Below are positions 9,695 to 19,721 of a DNA stretch of 64,000 nucleotides, in pieces. A model generated the notes under the pieces. That model was not told where the DNA came from. It searched no databases and saw only the letters and a program-made list of their open reading frames with translations. Source of the DNA: Candidatus Eiseniibacteriota bacterium (GTDB lineage: Bacteria > Eisenbacteria > RBG-16-71-46 > CAZEPH01); the NCBI GenBank assembly GCA_044229145.1, contig JBGATO010000001.1:97210-161209 (forward strand), given 5' to 3'. The stretch's first letter is position 1. Each line of letters begins with the position of its first letter. Both the position numbers and the translations under genes were made by a program.

Positions 9695-11510
9695 TAATCC
9701 TCCGCGCTCAAGACCGCCAAGAATGCTTCCTGCGGCACCGACACCGTGCCGATCTGCTTCATGCGCTTCTTGCCTTCCTTCTGCTTCTCGAGGAGCTTGC
9801 GCTTGCGCGAGATGTCACCACCGTAGCACTTGGCGATGACGTTCTTGCGCAAGGCGCTGATCGTTTCGCGTGCCACCACCTTCGCGCCGATGGCCGCTTG
9901 GATCGCGATGGGAAACATCTGACGCGGGATGACGCCCTTGAGTTTCAGCGCCACCGCGCGACCCCACGCTTCGGCCTTGTCGCGGTGCACGATCACCGAC
10001 AGCGCGTCCACCGGATCGCCATTGAGCAGCAGGTCGAGCCGCACCATCGGCGCCTTGCGGTACTCGGCGAACTCGTAGTCCATCGACGCGTAGCCGCGCG
10101 ACACCGACTTCAGCTTGTCGTGGAAGTCGACGACGATCTCGGCGAGCGGCAGCAGGTACGTGACGATCGCGCGCTTGTCCTCGAGGAACTCCATGCCCTC
10201 GTGGATGCCGCGGCGGTCCTGCGCCAGCGCCAGCACCGAGCCGAGATAGTCGGTCGGCATGACGATGCGCGCGCGCACCATCGGCTCTTCGATCGATTCG
10301 ATCTCGTTGGGCTGCGGCATCTGCACCGGCGAGTGGATCATCAGTTCCTCGCCGTCGGTGCGCACGATGCGGAAGCCCACGCTCGGCGTGGTGATGATGA
10401 GACTGACGCCGAATTCGCGCTCGAGACGCTCCTGCACGATTTCCTTGTGCAGCAGACCGAGGAAGCCGGCGCGGAATCCGAAACCGAGCGCCGCCGACGT
10501 CTCGGGCTCGTAGGTGAACGCGGCATCGTTCAGCACGAACTTGTCGAGCGCGTCCTTGAGAACTTCGTAGTCGGCGTCGTTGATCGGGTAGAGCCCCGCC
10601 CACACCATCGACTTCATCGGGCGGTAGCCGGGCAGCGGCTCGGCGTGCGCGTCGCTGGCGTCGGCGATGGTGTCGCCCACCGTGGCGTCATGGACGTCCT
10701 TGATGTTGGCCACTACGTAACCGACGTCGCCAGCGAGGAGTTCCTTCTGCTTCTCCTTGGTCAGCCGGAAGATGCCGACTTCCTGCACCTCGAACTCGGC
10801 GCCGGTCGCCAACAGCTTGATCTTCTGCCCCGGCCGGATCGCGCCGTCCACCACGCGGATGTACGCGATGACGCCCTGATACTGGTCGAAGATCGAGTCG
10901 AAGATGAAGGCGCGCAGCGGCGCTCCGCGTGACCGCGCGGCGACGGCACCACCTGCACGATCTTCTCGAGGATGTCGTCGATGCCGATGCCGTTCTTGGC
11001 GCTCGCCAGCACCACGTCCTCGCGGCTGCCGCCGAGGATGTCGAGTACTTGATGCGCCGCGCGCTCCGGCTCCGCCGCCGGCAGGTCGATCTTGTTGACC
11101 ACCGGAATCAACTCGAGGTCGTTCTCGATCGCCAGATAGAGATTCGACAGCGTCTGCGCCTCGACGCCTTGCGCGGCGTCCACGACCAGAATCGCGCCCT
11201 CGCACGCGGCCAGCGAGCGCGAGACTTCGTAGGTGAAGTCGACGTGGCCCGGCGTGTCGATCAGATTGAGCCGGTACGCGGTGCCGTCGGCCGCCGTGTA
11301 GTCCATCGAGATCGGGTGCGCCTTGATGGTGATGCCGCGTTCGCGTTCGAGCGGCATGTCGTCGAGCACTTGCTCCATCATCTCGCGCTGCGAGATGGTG
11401 TGCGTCGCCTCCAGCAGGCGGTCGGCGAGCGTCGACTTCCCGTGGTCGACGTGCGCGATGATGCAGAAGTTTCGGACCTTGCGGTCGATGGACGGCGCGT
11501 CTCTCAGCAT
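9694..11510 (-). CDS. lepA: Elongation factor 4 (LepA); single frameshift near 10922
   Basis: [19 protein letters not shown] and DTPGHVDF in one frame; [11 protein letters not shown] and [26 protein letters not shown] in the other; one added G joins them (GHAE-APLRAF). Confidence 0.95.
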
Positions 11511-11515
11511 GCTGG

Positions 11516-12154
11516 TCAGAATCCCACGGTGAGCGCGCACGCAACGCCGTCCGCCGCGGGATCGCGGCGTGGCTGCAGGCGCACCTCCACGGGTGCAAGT
11601 TCCTTTCCGAAAGTGAACAAGTGCGCGTCGACGTAGGCGTCGAGCATCGACACCAACGCCGCTCCGCAGTAGAACCACAGCGCCGCTTGGCGCGCGTCGA
11701 TCGCTTGCGCCCGTGCCGTGGCGTCGGTGCGCGTGTGGGCCAGGTGATTCTGTGTCACGTACGCGCCGATCAGCGTGCCCTGCACGCCGATCACCAGGCC
11801 CGCCTTGATCCACTGGTGGTTGTAGAGCTGTCCCCAGCCCGGCACCAGCAACGACCGCAGCATCACGCGGCCGGGCGCATCGCGGCCGATGCCGCCGGCC
11901 AGCGTGTCGCCCTCGGCGCCGCGCAGCGTGCGCTTCGGCGCCTTGACTGACGCCGGCGTGGCGAGCGCACTGTCGGCCACCACCGTGCGCACGGTGCTGT
12001 CGCCATCGACGCGGGTGGTGACGGTGGCGCGCGGCGCGGCCAGGCTATCGCGCGGCGCCGGCTGCGCGTGCGCGGCGCCGGCCAGGACGATGAGTGCGAC
12101 GAGGAGCGCTGCCGCGATCCCGCGATGGCGGGAACGTGTGGGAATCGAACCCAC
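11516..12154 (-). CDS. DUF5683-like membrane/secreted protein; start uncertain, overlaps tRNA-Sec
   Basis: [12 protein letters not shown] and [12 protein letters not shown] motifs; signal peptide [22 protein letters not shown]; nearest in-frame canonical start is GTG 12154 inside the tRNA. Confidence 0.75.
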   Translation of the reverse strand: MGSIPTRSRHRGIAAALLVALIVLAGAAHAQPAPRDSLAAPRATVTTRVDGDSTVRTVVADSALATPASVKAPKRTLRGAEGDTLAGGIGRDAPGRVMLRSLLVPGWGQLYNHQWIKAGLVIGVQGTLIGAYVTQNHLAHTRTDATARAQAIDARQAALWFYCGAALVSMLDAYVDAHLFTFGKELAPVEVRLQPRRDPAADGVACALTVGF

Positions 12155-12223
12155 CCCGGACGCGCTAGACGCCCAGCAGAAGGATTTGAAGTCCTCGAGG
12201 TCCACCAGAACCCATCCGCTCCC
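12126..12223 (-). tRNA. selC: tRNA-Sec (anticodon UCA)
   Basis: 98 nt; anticodon arm GAGGA-CTTCAAA-TCCTT, 6-bp D stem with UGGU loop, long variable arm, GTGGG-TTCGATT-CCCAC T arm, GCCA end; adjacent to selD. Confidence 0.95.
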
Positions 12224-12266
12224 TCGCCTCATGCGCCAGCCCGCCAGGCCGGCGCGCAAGCCGTGG

Positions 12267-12295
12267 AGCATAGCGAACGCGGCGCAAGGCGTCGA
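12267..12295 (-). promoter_or_regulatory. Putative sigma70 promoter for selC and downstream lepA operon
   Basis: TCGACG-17 nt-TATGCT between selD stop and tRNA-Sec. Confidence 0.55.
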
Positions 12296-12307
12296 GGCCG
12301 CACTTCC

Positions 12308-13405
12308 CTAGCCGACGACCACAGGAGCGGCGCCGGACGCCTCGACCACCCCCACCTCCACCGCCTTCACCCCGCCCGCCGCGCAGCGCTTCACGAACCC
12401 GGCGACACGCCGCGGCGGCACCGCCGCCAGAATCCCGCCACTCGTCTGCGGATCGAACACCACCGCCGCCTTCCACGCCGGCACCCGCGGGTCGATGTGG
12501 ACGTGCGGCCCATAGTACTCGCGGTTCGTCGACAGCCCGCCGGGATGGAAGCCGGTGCGCGACGCCTTCTCGACACCGGGCAAGAGCGGCAGCGCCTTCG
12601 CCACGAACCGCAGCGTGATGTCGCGCGGTCCGTCGACACCACCCGCCATGTTGAGCGCATGCCCCGCGAGGGCGAAGCCGGTGACATCGGTGGCCGCCGT
12701 CGCCCCGCTCGCGCCGAGCGCGCGCCCCGCCACCTTGTTCAAGCGCAGCAAGCTCTCCGTCAGCGTCCGCGCGTGCGCCGCCGACAAGCACGCGTTCTTG
12801 AGCGCGGTCGACAGGATGCCGGTGCCGAGCGGTTTGGTGAGCAGCAGCACGTCGCCGGGCCGCGCGCCGCGCGCCGTGACGACGCGCGCTGGATCGACCA
12901 CGCCGGTGACCGCGAAGCCGAACTTGAGTTCGGGATCGCGCACCGAGTGGCCGCCGACCAACAGGCAGCCGGCCTCCGCGAGCTTCGCGCCGGCGCCGCG
13001 CGCCATCTCGGCGAGCGTGCCGGGCGGCAACTCGTCCGGCTGCGCGCACAAAATGCTCAGCGCGGTGCGCGGCTCACCGCCCATCGCGTAGACGTCGGAG
13101 AGCGCGTTGGCCGCGGCGATGGCGCCGAACGCGGACGGGTCGTCCACCACCGGCGTGAAGAAGTCGACGGTGTGGATGAGCGCGACGTGATCGCAGACGC
13201 GATACACGGCCGCGTCGTCCCCCGCCTCGACGCCGACGAGCAGTCGAGGATCGCGCGGAGCCGCCGGCAAGGCGGCAAGGAAGGAACTCAGGTCCGCCGG
13301 ACCGAGCTTTGCCGCTCAACCCGCGCAGCTCACCTTGTCGGTGAGCCGGAAGATCTCGCCGCGGGTGCGAGTCCGCGGTCGTCGCGAGGAACCGGGCGCG
13401 GTCAT
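12308..13405 (-). CDS. selD: Selenide, water dikinase; selenoprotein with in-frame UGA (13316-13318)
   Basis: RLTDKVSCAG-TGA-AAKLGP in frame with DDAAVY, TVDFFTPVVDDP, AAANALSDVYAMGG, TDVTGF, FDPQTSGG. Confidence 0.95.
13272..13315 (-). promoter_or_regulatory. Bacterial SECIS element of selD
   Basis: Hairpin directly 3' of UGA: GCGGCAA/TTGCCGC lower stem, GCTC/GAGT, GGTCC-GGC-GGACC apex. Confidence 0.8.
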
Positions 13406-13439
13406 GGGTGCGCTCCGTGGGTCCGGGGGGACGCCGAGC

Positions 13440-13868
13440 TTACTTGAAGTGCGTGAACCAGTGCGGCCCGTTGACCGGGCCCTGCGTGCGCAGCGCGATC
13501 GCGTCGATCTCGACCAGCGCACCCTTCGGCAGGCCGACTACCGCGACAGTCGAACGCGTCGGCAGCGTGTCGGCGAAGAACTCCGCGTAGACGGCGTTCA
13601 TCGCCGCGAAGTCGTCCATCGTCGTCAGATAGACGGTGGTGCGCACGATCTCGTTCATCGTCGACCCGGCCGCCGCCAGCACGTTCTGCAAGTTGGTGAG
13701 AGCTTGCCGCGTCTGCTCCGCCACGCCGCCGGCCACCAGTTCGCCGGTCGCGGGCACCAGGCCCACTTGCCCGCTGGTGAAAATCATTTCGCCCTGGGCG
13801 ATGAGTCCCTGGCTGTACGGGCCGATGACTTTCGGCGCGTCGTCAGTCTGAATTGCACGCGAGGCCAT
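13440..13868 (-). CDS. ridA: RidA/YjgF family enamine/imine deaminase
   Basis: APKVIGPYSQG, FTSGQV, DFAAMNAVY, PTRSTV, LPKGALVEIDAIA. Confidence 0.92.
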   Translation of the reverse strand: MASRAIQTDDAPKVIGPYSQGLIAQGEMIFTSGQVGLVPATGELVAGGVAEQTRQALTNLQNVLAAAGSTMNEIVRTTVYLTTMDDFAAMNAVYAEFFADTLPTRSTVAVVGLPKGALVEIDAIALRTQGPVNGPHWFTHFK

Positions 13869-13872
13869 TCGC

Positions 13873-15732
13873 TTACTCCACGGTCACGGACTTGGCGAGG
13901 TTGCGCGGCTGGTCGACGTCGCATCCTCGCAGAACGGCGATGTGATATGCCAACAACTGCAACGGCAGCACGGTCAGGAGCGGCGTCAGCATCTCGAGCG
14001 TCTCCGGCACGTAGAGCACGTGGTCGGCGAGCGTCTTGACGTGGGTGTCGCCCTCGGTGGCCACCGCGATGATGCGGCCGCCACGCGCCCGCACCTGTTC
14101 CATGTTGTTCAGCACCTTGCTGTACGCACTGTCCTTGGTGCAGATGATCACCGCCGGCATGTTCTCGTCGATGAGCGCGATCGGCCCATGCTTCATCTCG
14201 GCCGCCGGGTAGCCCTCGGCGTGGATGTACGAGATTTCCTTCAGCTTCAGCGCGCCCTCGAGCGCCACCGGGAAATTGTAGCCGCGGCCCAAGTACAGGA
14301 AGTTGGTGTGGTGCGCGTACGCCTTGGCGATCTCGAGCACCGCGTCGCTGTGTTCGAGGATCTGGCGCATCTTGCCGGGGATCGCCTGCAGCTCGCGCGC
14401 GATCGCGATGCCGGTCTCCTCGCGCATCGGGCCGATGCGGCCCAGACGCAGCGCGAGCAGCGCCAGCGTCGCCACTTGCGAGGTGAACGCCTTGGTCGAC
14501 GCGACGCCGATCTCGGGGCCGGCGTGAATGTAGATGCCGCCGTCCGATTGCCGCGCGATCGTCGATCCGACCACGTTCACGATGCCGAGCGCCTTCGCGC
14601 CCTTGGCCTGCGCTTCGCGCATGGCGGCGAGCGTGTCCGCGGTTTCACCCGACTGCGAGATGACGACGACGACGGTGCCGGGCCGCACGACCGGATCGCG
14701 GTAGCGGAACTCGCTCGCGTACTCGACTTCGACCGGCAGGCGCGCGTGCTCCTCGATCATGTACTCGCCGATCATGCCGGCGTGCCACGAGGTGCCGCAG
14801 GCGGTAAAGATCAAGCGGTCGACCTGCGCGAGGTCGTGGTCGGTCATGTTGAGGCCGCCGAGTTTGGCGCGGCCTTCGTCGATCTGCAGGCGGCCGCGGA
14901 TCGCATTCTGGATGCAGTCCGGCTGCTCGTAGATCTCTTTGAGCATGAAGTGCGGGTGGCCGCCCTTCTCGATGGTCGCGAGGTCGCCGCTGACTTCGTG
15001 CACCGGCTTGGCGATCTGCTCCTGGCGCAGGTTGAGCGTCTTGTAGCTGTCGCGCGTGAGGCTCGCGACTTCGCCGTCGTCGAGGTAGACGACCTTGGCG
15101 GTGTGCGCGCGAATCGCCGCGGCGTCGCTCGCCAGGAAGTGCTCGCCCTGGCCGATGCCCACCATGAGCGGCGAGCCATTGCGCGCGCCCACCAGGCTGT
15201 TCGGTTCGTCGGCGCTGATCACCGCGAGGCCGTAGGTGCCGTCGACGAGACACAACGCCTGAATGACGGCTTCCTCGAGCGAGCCCTTATACAGCTTCTC
15301 GATCAGGTGCGCGAGGATCTCGGTGTCGGTGTCGGTCTGCATGACGTGGCCTTCGGCGACCAACATGCGCTTGAGCGATTCGAAGTTCTCGATGATGCCG
15401 TTGTGCACCACGGCGATCTTGCCGGTGCAGTCGGTGTGCGGGTGCGCGTTGGTGTCGTTCGGCACACCGTGGGTCGCCCAGCGCGTGTGGCCGATGCCGG
15501 TGGTGCCGTGGAAGAGGATGTGCGAGCCGTTGCCGTTCGGCGCTTGCCGTTCGGCCTCCACCGCGCCCTCGAGCTGGCCGATCTTACCGGCCTTCTTGCG
15601 AATCGCCAGGTGCTGATCCTCGAGCACGGCGACGCCGGCCGAGTCGTACCCGCGATATTCGAGGCGGCGCAGCCCTTCGAGCAGAATGGGCAGCGAATCA
15701 CGCTGGCCGAGATAGCCGACGATGCCACACAT
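13873..15732 (-). CDS. glmS: Glutamine--fructose-6-phosphate aminotransferase
   Basis: MCGIVGY, GIGHTRWATHG, SQSGETADT, DQPRNLAKSVTVE. Confidence 0.98.
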   Translation of the reverse strand: MCGIVGYLGQRDSLPILLEGLRRLEYRGYDSAGVAVLEDQHLAIRKKAGKIGQLEGAVEAERQAPNGNGSHILFHGTTGIGHTRWATHGVPNDTNAHPHTDCTGKIAVVHNGIIENFESLKRMLVAEGHVMQTDTDTEILAHLIEKLYKGSLEEAVIQALCLVDGTYGLAVISADEPNSLVGARNGSPLMVGIGQGEHFLASDAAAIRAHTAKVVYLDDGEVASLTRDSYKTLNLRQEQIAKPVHEVSGDLATIEKGGHPHFMLKEIYEQPDCIQNAIRGRLQIDEGRAKLGGLNMTDHDLAQVDRLIFTACGTSWHAGMIGEYMIEEHARLPVEVEYASEFRYRDPVVRPGTVVVVISQSGETADTLAAMREAQAKGAKALGIVNVVGSTIARQSDGGIYIHAGPEIGVASTKAFTSQVATLALLALRLGRIGPMREETGIAIARELQAIPGKMRQILEHSDAVLEIAKAYAHHTNFLYLGRGYNFPVALEGALKLKEISYIHAEGYPAAEMKHGPIALIDENMPAVIICTKDSAYSKVLNNMEQVRARGGRIIAVATEGDTHVKTLADHVLYVPETLEMLTPLLTVLPLQLLAYHIAVLRGCDVDQPRNLAKSVTVE

Positions 15733-15760
15733 GGGTTCGGCGATTCCTCCTGGGAAACGG

Positions 15761-17140
15761 CTACGACGCGGCGGCCAGCGCGCGATCCGCGAGCTGGCAC
15801 AAGGCGTCGACGTCGGCGGCGCTGGTGCCTTCGGCGATGACACGCACCACCGGCTCGGTGCCGGACGGGCGCACGTGCACCCAGCCGCGCTCGGTGTCGA
15901 CGCGGACCCCGTCGGCGCGATCGATGCGCGCCGTCGGCGTCTCCTGCGCGAAGGCCGCCGCCACCGCGTCGGCGGCGAACGGCGCCGCGCCGGCGGGACG
16001 CGCGATCTTGCGCTTGGCCATTGTATAGCGCGGCAGCGATTGCACCAGCGCGGCGAACGATCCGCTCGAGCGGGCCACGTGGGACAACACGAGTCCAATC
16101 CCCACCGCCGCGTCGCGCCCGTAGTGCAGCGCCGGGTAGATGACGCCGCCGTTGCCCTCGCCGCCGATGATGGCGCCGCAGGCCTTCATGCCGGTCACCA
16201 CATTGGCCTCACCCACCGGCGTGCGCGTCACCGCGACGCCGTAGCGCTGGGCGACATCGTCCACGCCTCGCGTGGTGCTGAGGTTGGTGGCCACCGGGCC
16301 GGGCGTCCGCGAGAGCACCGCGTCGCAGGCGAGCACCAGCGTCATCTCCTCGCCCAGCGGAACGCCATCGGGCCCGACGATCGCCAGGCGGTCGGCGTCC
16401 GGGTCGTGCGCGAGGCCGCACGCGGCGCCGGTTGCCACGACGCGTTCGGACAGCGCGGTGAGGTTCTCCGGCAGCGGTTCGGCGCCGCGCGGGAAGATGC
16501 CGTTGGGCTCGCAGTAGAGCAGCTCGACCTCGCAGCCGAGCCGTTCGAGCAGCTGCGGCGACGAGGTCGCGCCGGCACCATTCACACAGTCGAGCACCAC
16601 GCGCGGCTTCCACGCGCGCACCGCCTCGACGTCGACGAGATCGAGCGCCAGAACCGCGTCGATGTAGCGCGCGATGGCATCGTGGGAGGCGCGCGCGCGG
16701 CCGATGCGCTCGGCGGGCACCCAGGCGTGGTCGCCCTCGGCCTCGCGCTGCACCAGCGCGGCGAGTTCCGCGATGCGCGCCGCCGGCAGGAAGAGTCCAT
16801 CGCCGCCGACGAACTTCAGCGCGTTCCACGGGAACGGATTGTGGGAGGCGGTGACGCACAGACCGCCCACCGCGTCGGAGTTCTCGACCGCGTACTGGAT
16901 GGCCGGGGTGGCGGCGATCCCGAGGTCCACGACGTCGCAGCCCACCGCGGTGAGCGCGCCGGTGACGGTGGCCTGCACCATGTCGCCCGAGGGACGCGTG
17001 TCACGGCCGATGGCGATCGGGCCGGGCCCCACGAGACGGCCGAAGGCGGCCGCGTAGCGCGCGAGGAGGTCAGGGGTCAGCGACGAGCCGACGACACCGC
17101 GCAAGCCCGAGACGCTGAACAGCAAATCGCTCATGCACAT
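15761..17140 (-). CDS. glmM: Phosphoglucosamine mutase / phosphohexomutase
   Basis: SVSGLRG, TASHNP, DPDADR, GEGNGG, RPSGTEP; upstream of glmS. Confidence 0.85.
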   Translation of the reverse strand: MCMSDLLFSVSGLRGVVGSSLTPDLLARYAAAFGRLVGPGPIAIGRDTRPSGDMVQATVTGALTAVGCDVVDLGIAATPAIQYAVENSDAVGGLCVTASHNPFPWNALKFVGGDGLFLPAARIAELAALVQREAEGDHAWVPAERIGRARASHDAIARYIDAVLALDLVDVEAVRAWKPRVVLDCVNGAGATSSPQLLERLGCEVELLYCEPNGIFPRGAEPLPENLTALSERVVATGAACGLAHDPDADRLAIVGPDGVPLGEEMTLVLACDAVLSRTPGPVATNLSTTRGVDDVAQRYGVAVTRTPVGEANVVTGMKACGAIIGGEGNGGVIYPALHYGRDAAVGIGLVLSHVARSSGSFAALVQSLPRYTMAKRKIARPAGAAPFAADAVAAAFAQETPTARIDRADGVRVDTERGWVHVRPSGTEPVVRVIAEGTSAADVDALCQLADRALAAAS

Positions 17141-17247
17141 CTCCGCCGGAAAACTGTCGGTCCCGGCCCGGGGTGGTCGCCGAGATCGACGCGGCCCGCA
17201 CCGCCGGACAGCGAAAATGCGGGCGGGGCGCCTGGGCCAGGGCGGGA

Positions 17248-17323
17248 TGGAGCTGGTGCGCGGAATCGAACCGCGGACCTACGCATTACGAGTGCGTCGC
17301 TCTACCATCTGAGCTACACCAGC
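17248..17323 (-). tRNA. tRNA-Thr (anticodon CGT)
   Basis: 76 nt cloverleaf GCTGGTG...CACCAGC TCCA; anticodon arm ACGCA-CTCGTAA-TGCGT. Confidence 0.96.
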
Positions 17324-17485
17324 TTCGAAACACCATCGCGTTGCACGTGGGATCAACGCGAAACGCACGCGCCGGACGCCGGCGCGAGGACGTCGACATG
17401 TCATCGGCCGCCGCAAAGCGCGGGGCCACATAGTCCGCATTGGCGCCCGGTGCGTCAAGCGAAAATCCGCCCCGCCGGGCGTTGC

Positions 17486-17514
17486 TTGACGCTGGTGGTC
17501 CCCGCGCGTACCGT
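17486..17514 (+). promoter_or_regulatory. Putative sigma70 promoter for DUF3467-GH57 unit
   Basis: TTGACG-17 nt-TACCGT, followed by GGAGG and ATG 17546. Confidence 0.5.
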
Positions 17515-17545
17515 CTGCCCACATCGCATTCGTCGGAGGAACTTG

Positions 17546-17878
17546 ATGGTCACGCCGTCGTCCGGCGGCGCCCCGGTGGGCGCCCCGCCCCAGCAGCAGA
17601 TCAGCATCGAACTGGGCGAGAAGGAAGCCGAGGGCATCTACTCGAATCTCGCGCTCATTTCCCACTCGTCGTCCGAGGTCATCATCGATTTCGCGCGCGT
17701 GCTGCCCGGGACGCCGAAGAGCAAGGTGTACGCGCGCATCGTGATGACACCGACCCACGCCAAGTCGCTGCTCCAGGCCCTCGAGGGCAACCTCAAGGCC
17801 TACGAGACTACTCACGGCAAGATTCGCACGGTGCCGGGCGACGAAGGCAAGGAAATCGGGTTCCAGCCCACGAGCTAG
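17546..17878 (+). CDS. DUF3467 family protein
   Basis: QQISIELGEKEAEGIYSNLALISHSSSEVIIDF...ARIVMTPTHAKSLL...IGF; GGAGG RBS. Confidence 0.88.
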   Translation: MVTPSSGGAPVGAPPQQQISIELGEKEAEGIYSNLALISHSSSEVIIDFARVLPGTPKSKVYARIVMTPTHAKSLLQALEGNLKAYETTHGKIRTVPGDEGKEIGFQPTS

Positions 17879-17933
17879 CGGCCTGCGGCCGCGCCACTCC
17901 CTCACGGCCATTGGCAAGGACACGCGCACCGTC

Positions 17934-19700
17934 ATGATCGGAACGCTCTGCTTCGTGCTGCACTCCCACATTCCCTACGTGCTCGGCCACGGACGCTGGC
18001 CGCACGGGGTGGACTGGCTCCACGAAGCTGTCGCCGAAACCTACCTGCCGCTCCTGCGCGCCTGCGAGCAGTTGATGGCCGACGGCATCGCGCCGCGCCT
18101 CACCTTCAGCGTGACGCCGGTACTCGCCGAGCAGCTCACCGATCCGCGCTATCCCGACGAGTTCGAGACCTACCTCGCGGTGAAGCGCGAGGCCGCCGCC
18201 GCGGACGAGACGACCTTCCGCCGCACCGGCAATCCGCGCCGCGCCGCGATGGCCGCGCACTGGGCGCGCTTCTACGCACAAGCGCTCCACGACTTCCGCG
18301 ACCGCTACGGCGAAGACGTCGTCACCGGCTTCCGCCTGCTCCAGAACCGCGGCGCCATCGAGATCATCACGTCGGGCGCCACGCACGGCTATCTCCCGCT
18401 GCTCGGCAGCCAAGCAAGTGCCGAAGCGCAGATCAAGCAGGGCGTGAAGGCGTACCACCGTCAATTCGGCCGCGCCCCGCGTGGCATCTGGCTCCCTGAG
18501 TGCGCCTACCGGCCGCGCGGCGCCTGGACGTCGCCGGTGGACGCCGCGCACCACGACGACGATCGCGCCGGGGTCGAGGAGATGCTCGCCGCCCAAGGCA
18601 TCCGCTACTTCGTCGCCGACTCGCACTTGATCCAGGGCGGCAAGCCGCTCGGCGTCTATCGCGTCTTCGGCCACGGACCGGCGCTGCACTTCACCGACGA
18701 CCACGTCTTCCCCGAACGCGCGAACTCGGTGCACGCGGCGTGGGCGGTGGGCACGGCGGGCGCTCCGGCCGAACGCGCACCGGTCGCCGTCGTCGCGCGC
18801 GATCCCGGCACCGCCGTCATGGTGTGGAGCGCCGACGTCGGCTATCCCGGCGACGGCGCGTACCTCGAGTTCCACAAGAAGCACCACCCCGGCGGCCTGC
18901 GCTACTGGCGCGTGACCTCACGCGACGCCGACCTCGGCGACAAGGACTCCTACGAGCCGGAACGCGCCGCCGAGCGCATCCGCGCCCACGCCGAACACTT
19001 CGTCGCGACGGTCAAGGAGACGCTCGCCAAGCAGCACGCCGCCACCGGCGAGCCGGGATTGCTGCTCGCGCCGTTCGACAGCGAACTGTTCGGGCATTGG
19101 TGGTTCGAAGGTCCGGATTTCCTCGCGCAGGTGATTCGCCTGCTGCATCAAGACGGCGACGTGAAGGTGGCGACGGTGAGCGAGTACCTCGACGCGCACG
19201 GCACCGCGGGCACCCTGCAGTTGCCCGAGGGAAGCTGGGGCGCCGGCGGCCACCACCACGTGTGGCTCAACGACGACACGCAGTGGACGTGGCGCCACAT
19301 CCACGCCGCGGAGGCGACGCTCGCCGAGCTCGCGCGCGAGGCACTGCAGAACGGCGATCCGCTGCTCGAGCGCGTGGTGCGGCAAGCAGCGCGTGAGTTG
19401 CTGCTCTTGCAGGCGAGCGACTGGCAGTTCCTCATCACGACGTGGAGCGCCCGCGACTACGCCGAAATGCGCGTCGCCGAACATGTCGAAGCGTTCGAGC
19501 GATTGGTGGCGATCGCCCGCGAGCGCCTCGCCTCCACCGGCGCCGAAGAGATCCACACGCCGGGCGATCAGCCGTCGTTCCGCCGCCAGCGCTTGTTGGC
19601 GGAGGACGACCGCCTGGCACTCGAAGCGCTCGAATTCCAAGACCGCCTCTTCCCGGACCTCGATCTGTCCTGGTGGGCGTCGATTCCCGAACGCGTGTAG
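17934..19700 (+). CDS. GH57 family 1,4-alpha-glucan branching enzyme (DUF1957)
   Basis: LHSHIPYV, ETYLP, ATHGYLPL, GIWLPECAY, PFDSELFGHWWFEG, RELLLLQASDWQF. Confidence 0.92.
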   Translation: MIGTLCFVLHSHIPYVLGHGRWPHGVDWLHEAVAETYLPLLRACEQLMADGIAPRLTFSVTPVLAEQLTDPRYPDEFETYLAVKREAAAADETTFRRTGNPRRAAMAAHWARFYAQALHDFRDRYGEDVVTGFRLLQNRGAIEIITSGATHGYLPLLGSQASAEAQIKQGVKAYHRQFGRAPRGIWLPECAYRPRGAWTSPVDAAHHDDDRAGVEEMLAAQGIRYFVADSHLIQGGKPLGVYRVFGHGPALHFTDDHVFPERANSVHAAWAVGTAGAPAERAPVAVVARDPGTAVMVWSADVGYPGDGAYLEFHKKHHPGGLRYWRVTSRDADLGDKDSYEPERAAERIRAHAEHFVATVKETLAKQHAATGEPGLLLAPFDSELFGHWWFEGPDFLAQVIRLLHQDGDVKVATVSEYLDAHGTAGTLQLPEGSWGAGGHHHVWLNDDTQWTWRHIHAAEATLAELAREALQNGDPLLERVVRQAARELLLLQASDWQFLITTWSARDYAEMRVAEHVEAFERLVAIARERLASTGAEEIHTPGDQPSFRRQRLLAEDDRLALEALEFQDRLFPDLDLSWWASIPERV

Positions 19701-19721
19701 ACCCGAGGCGACGACGGCGCG

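Noticed and set aside
10915..10945. Programmed frameshift in lepA
   Set aside because: No slippery heptamer; one missing G explains it and similar indels occur elsewhere
12126..12223. tRNA as a Cys-inserting UCA tRNA partnered with the truncated CysRS
   Set aside because: G discriminator, long variable arm and adjacency to selD fit canonical tRNA-Sec; Cys identity needs U73
12232..12310. selD TAG in frame with the DUF5683 ORF, and ATG 12271 as its start
   Set aside because: SelD is complete at its stop; ATG 12271 falls inside the predicted -10 box
15733..17247. glmS ribozyme upstream of glmS or glmM
   Set aside because: Only 28 nt between glmM and glmS; no recognisable ribozyme core upstream of glmM
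17141..17323. Genomic island integrated at tRNA-Thr or tRNA-Sec
   Set aside because: No integrase or duplicated tRNA 3' end seen; housekeeping genes follow directly
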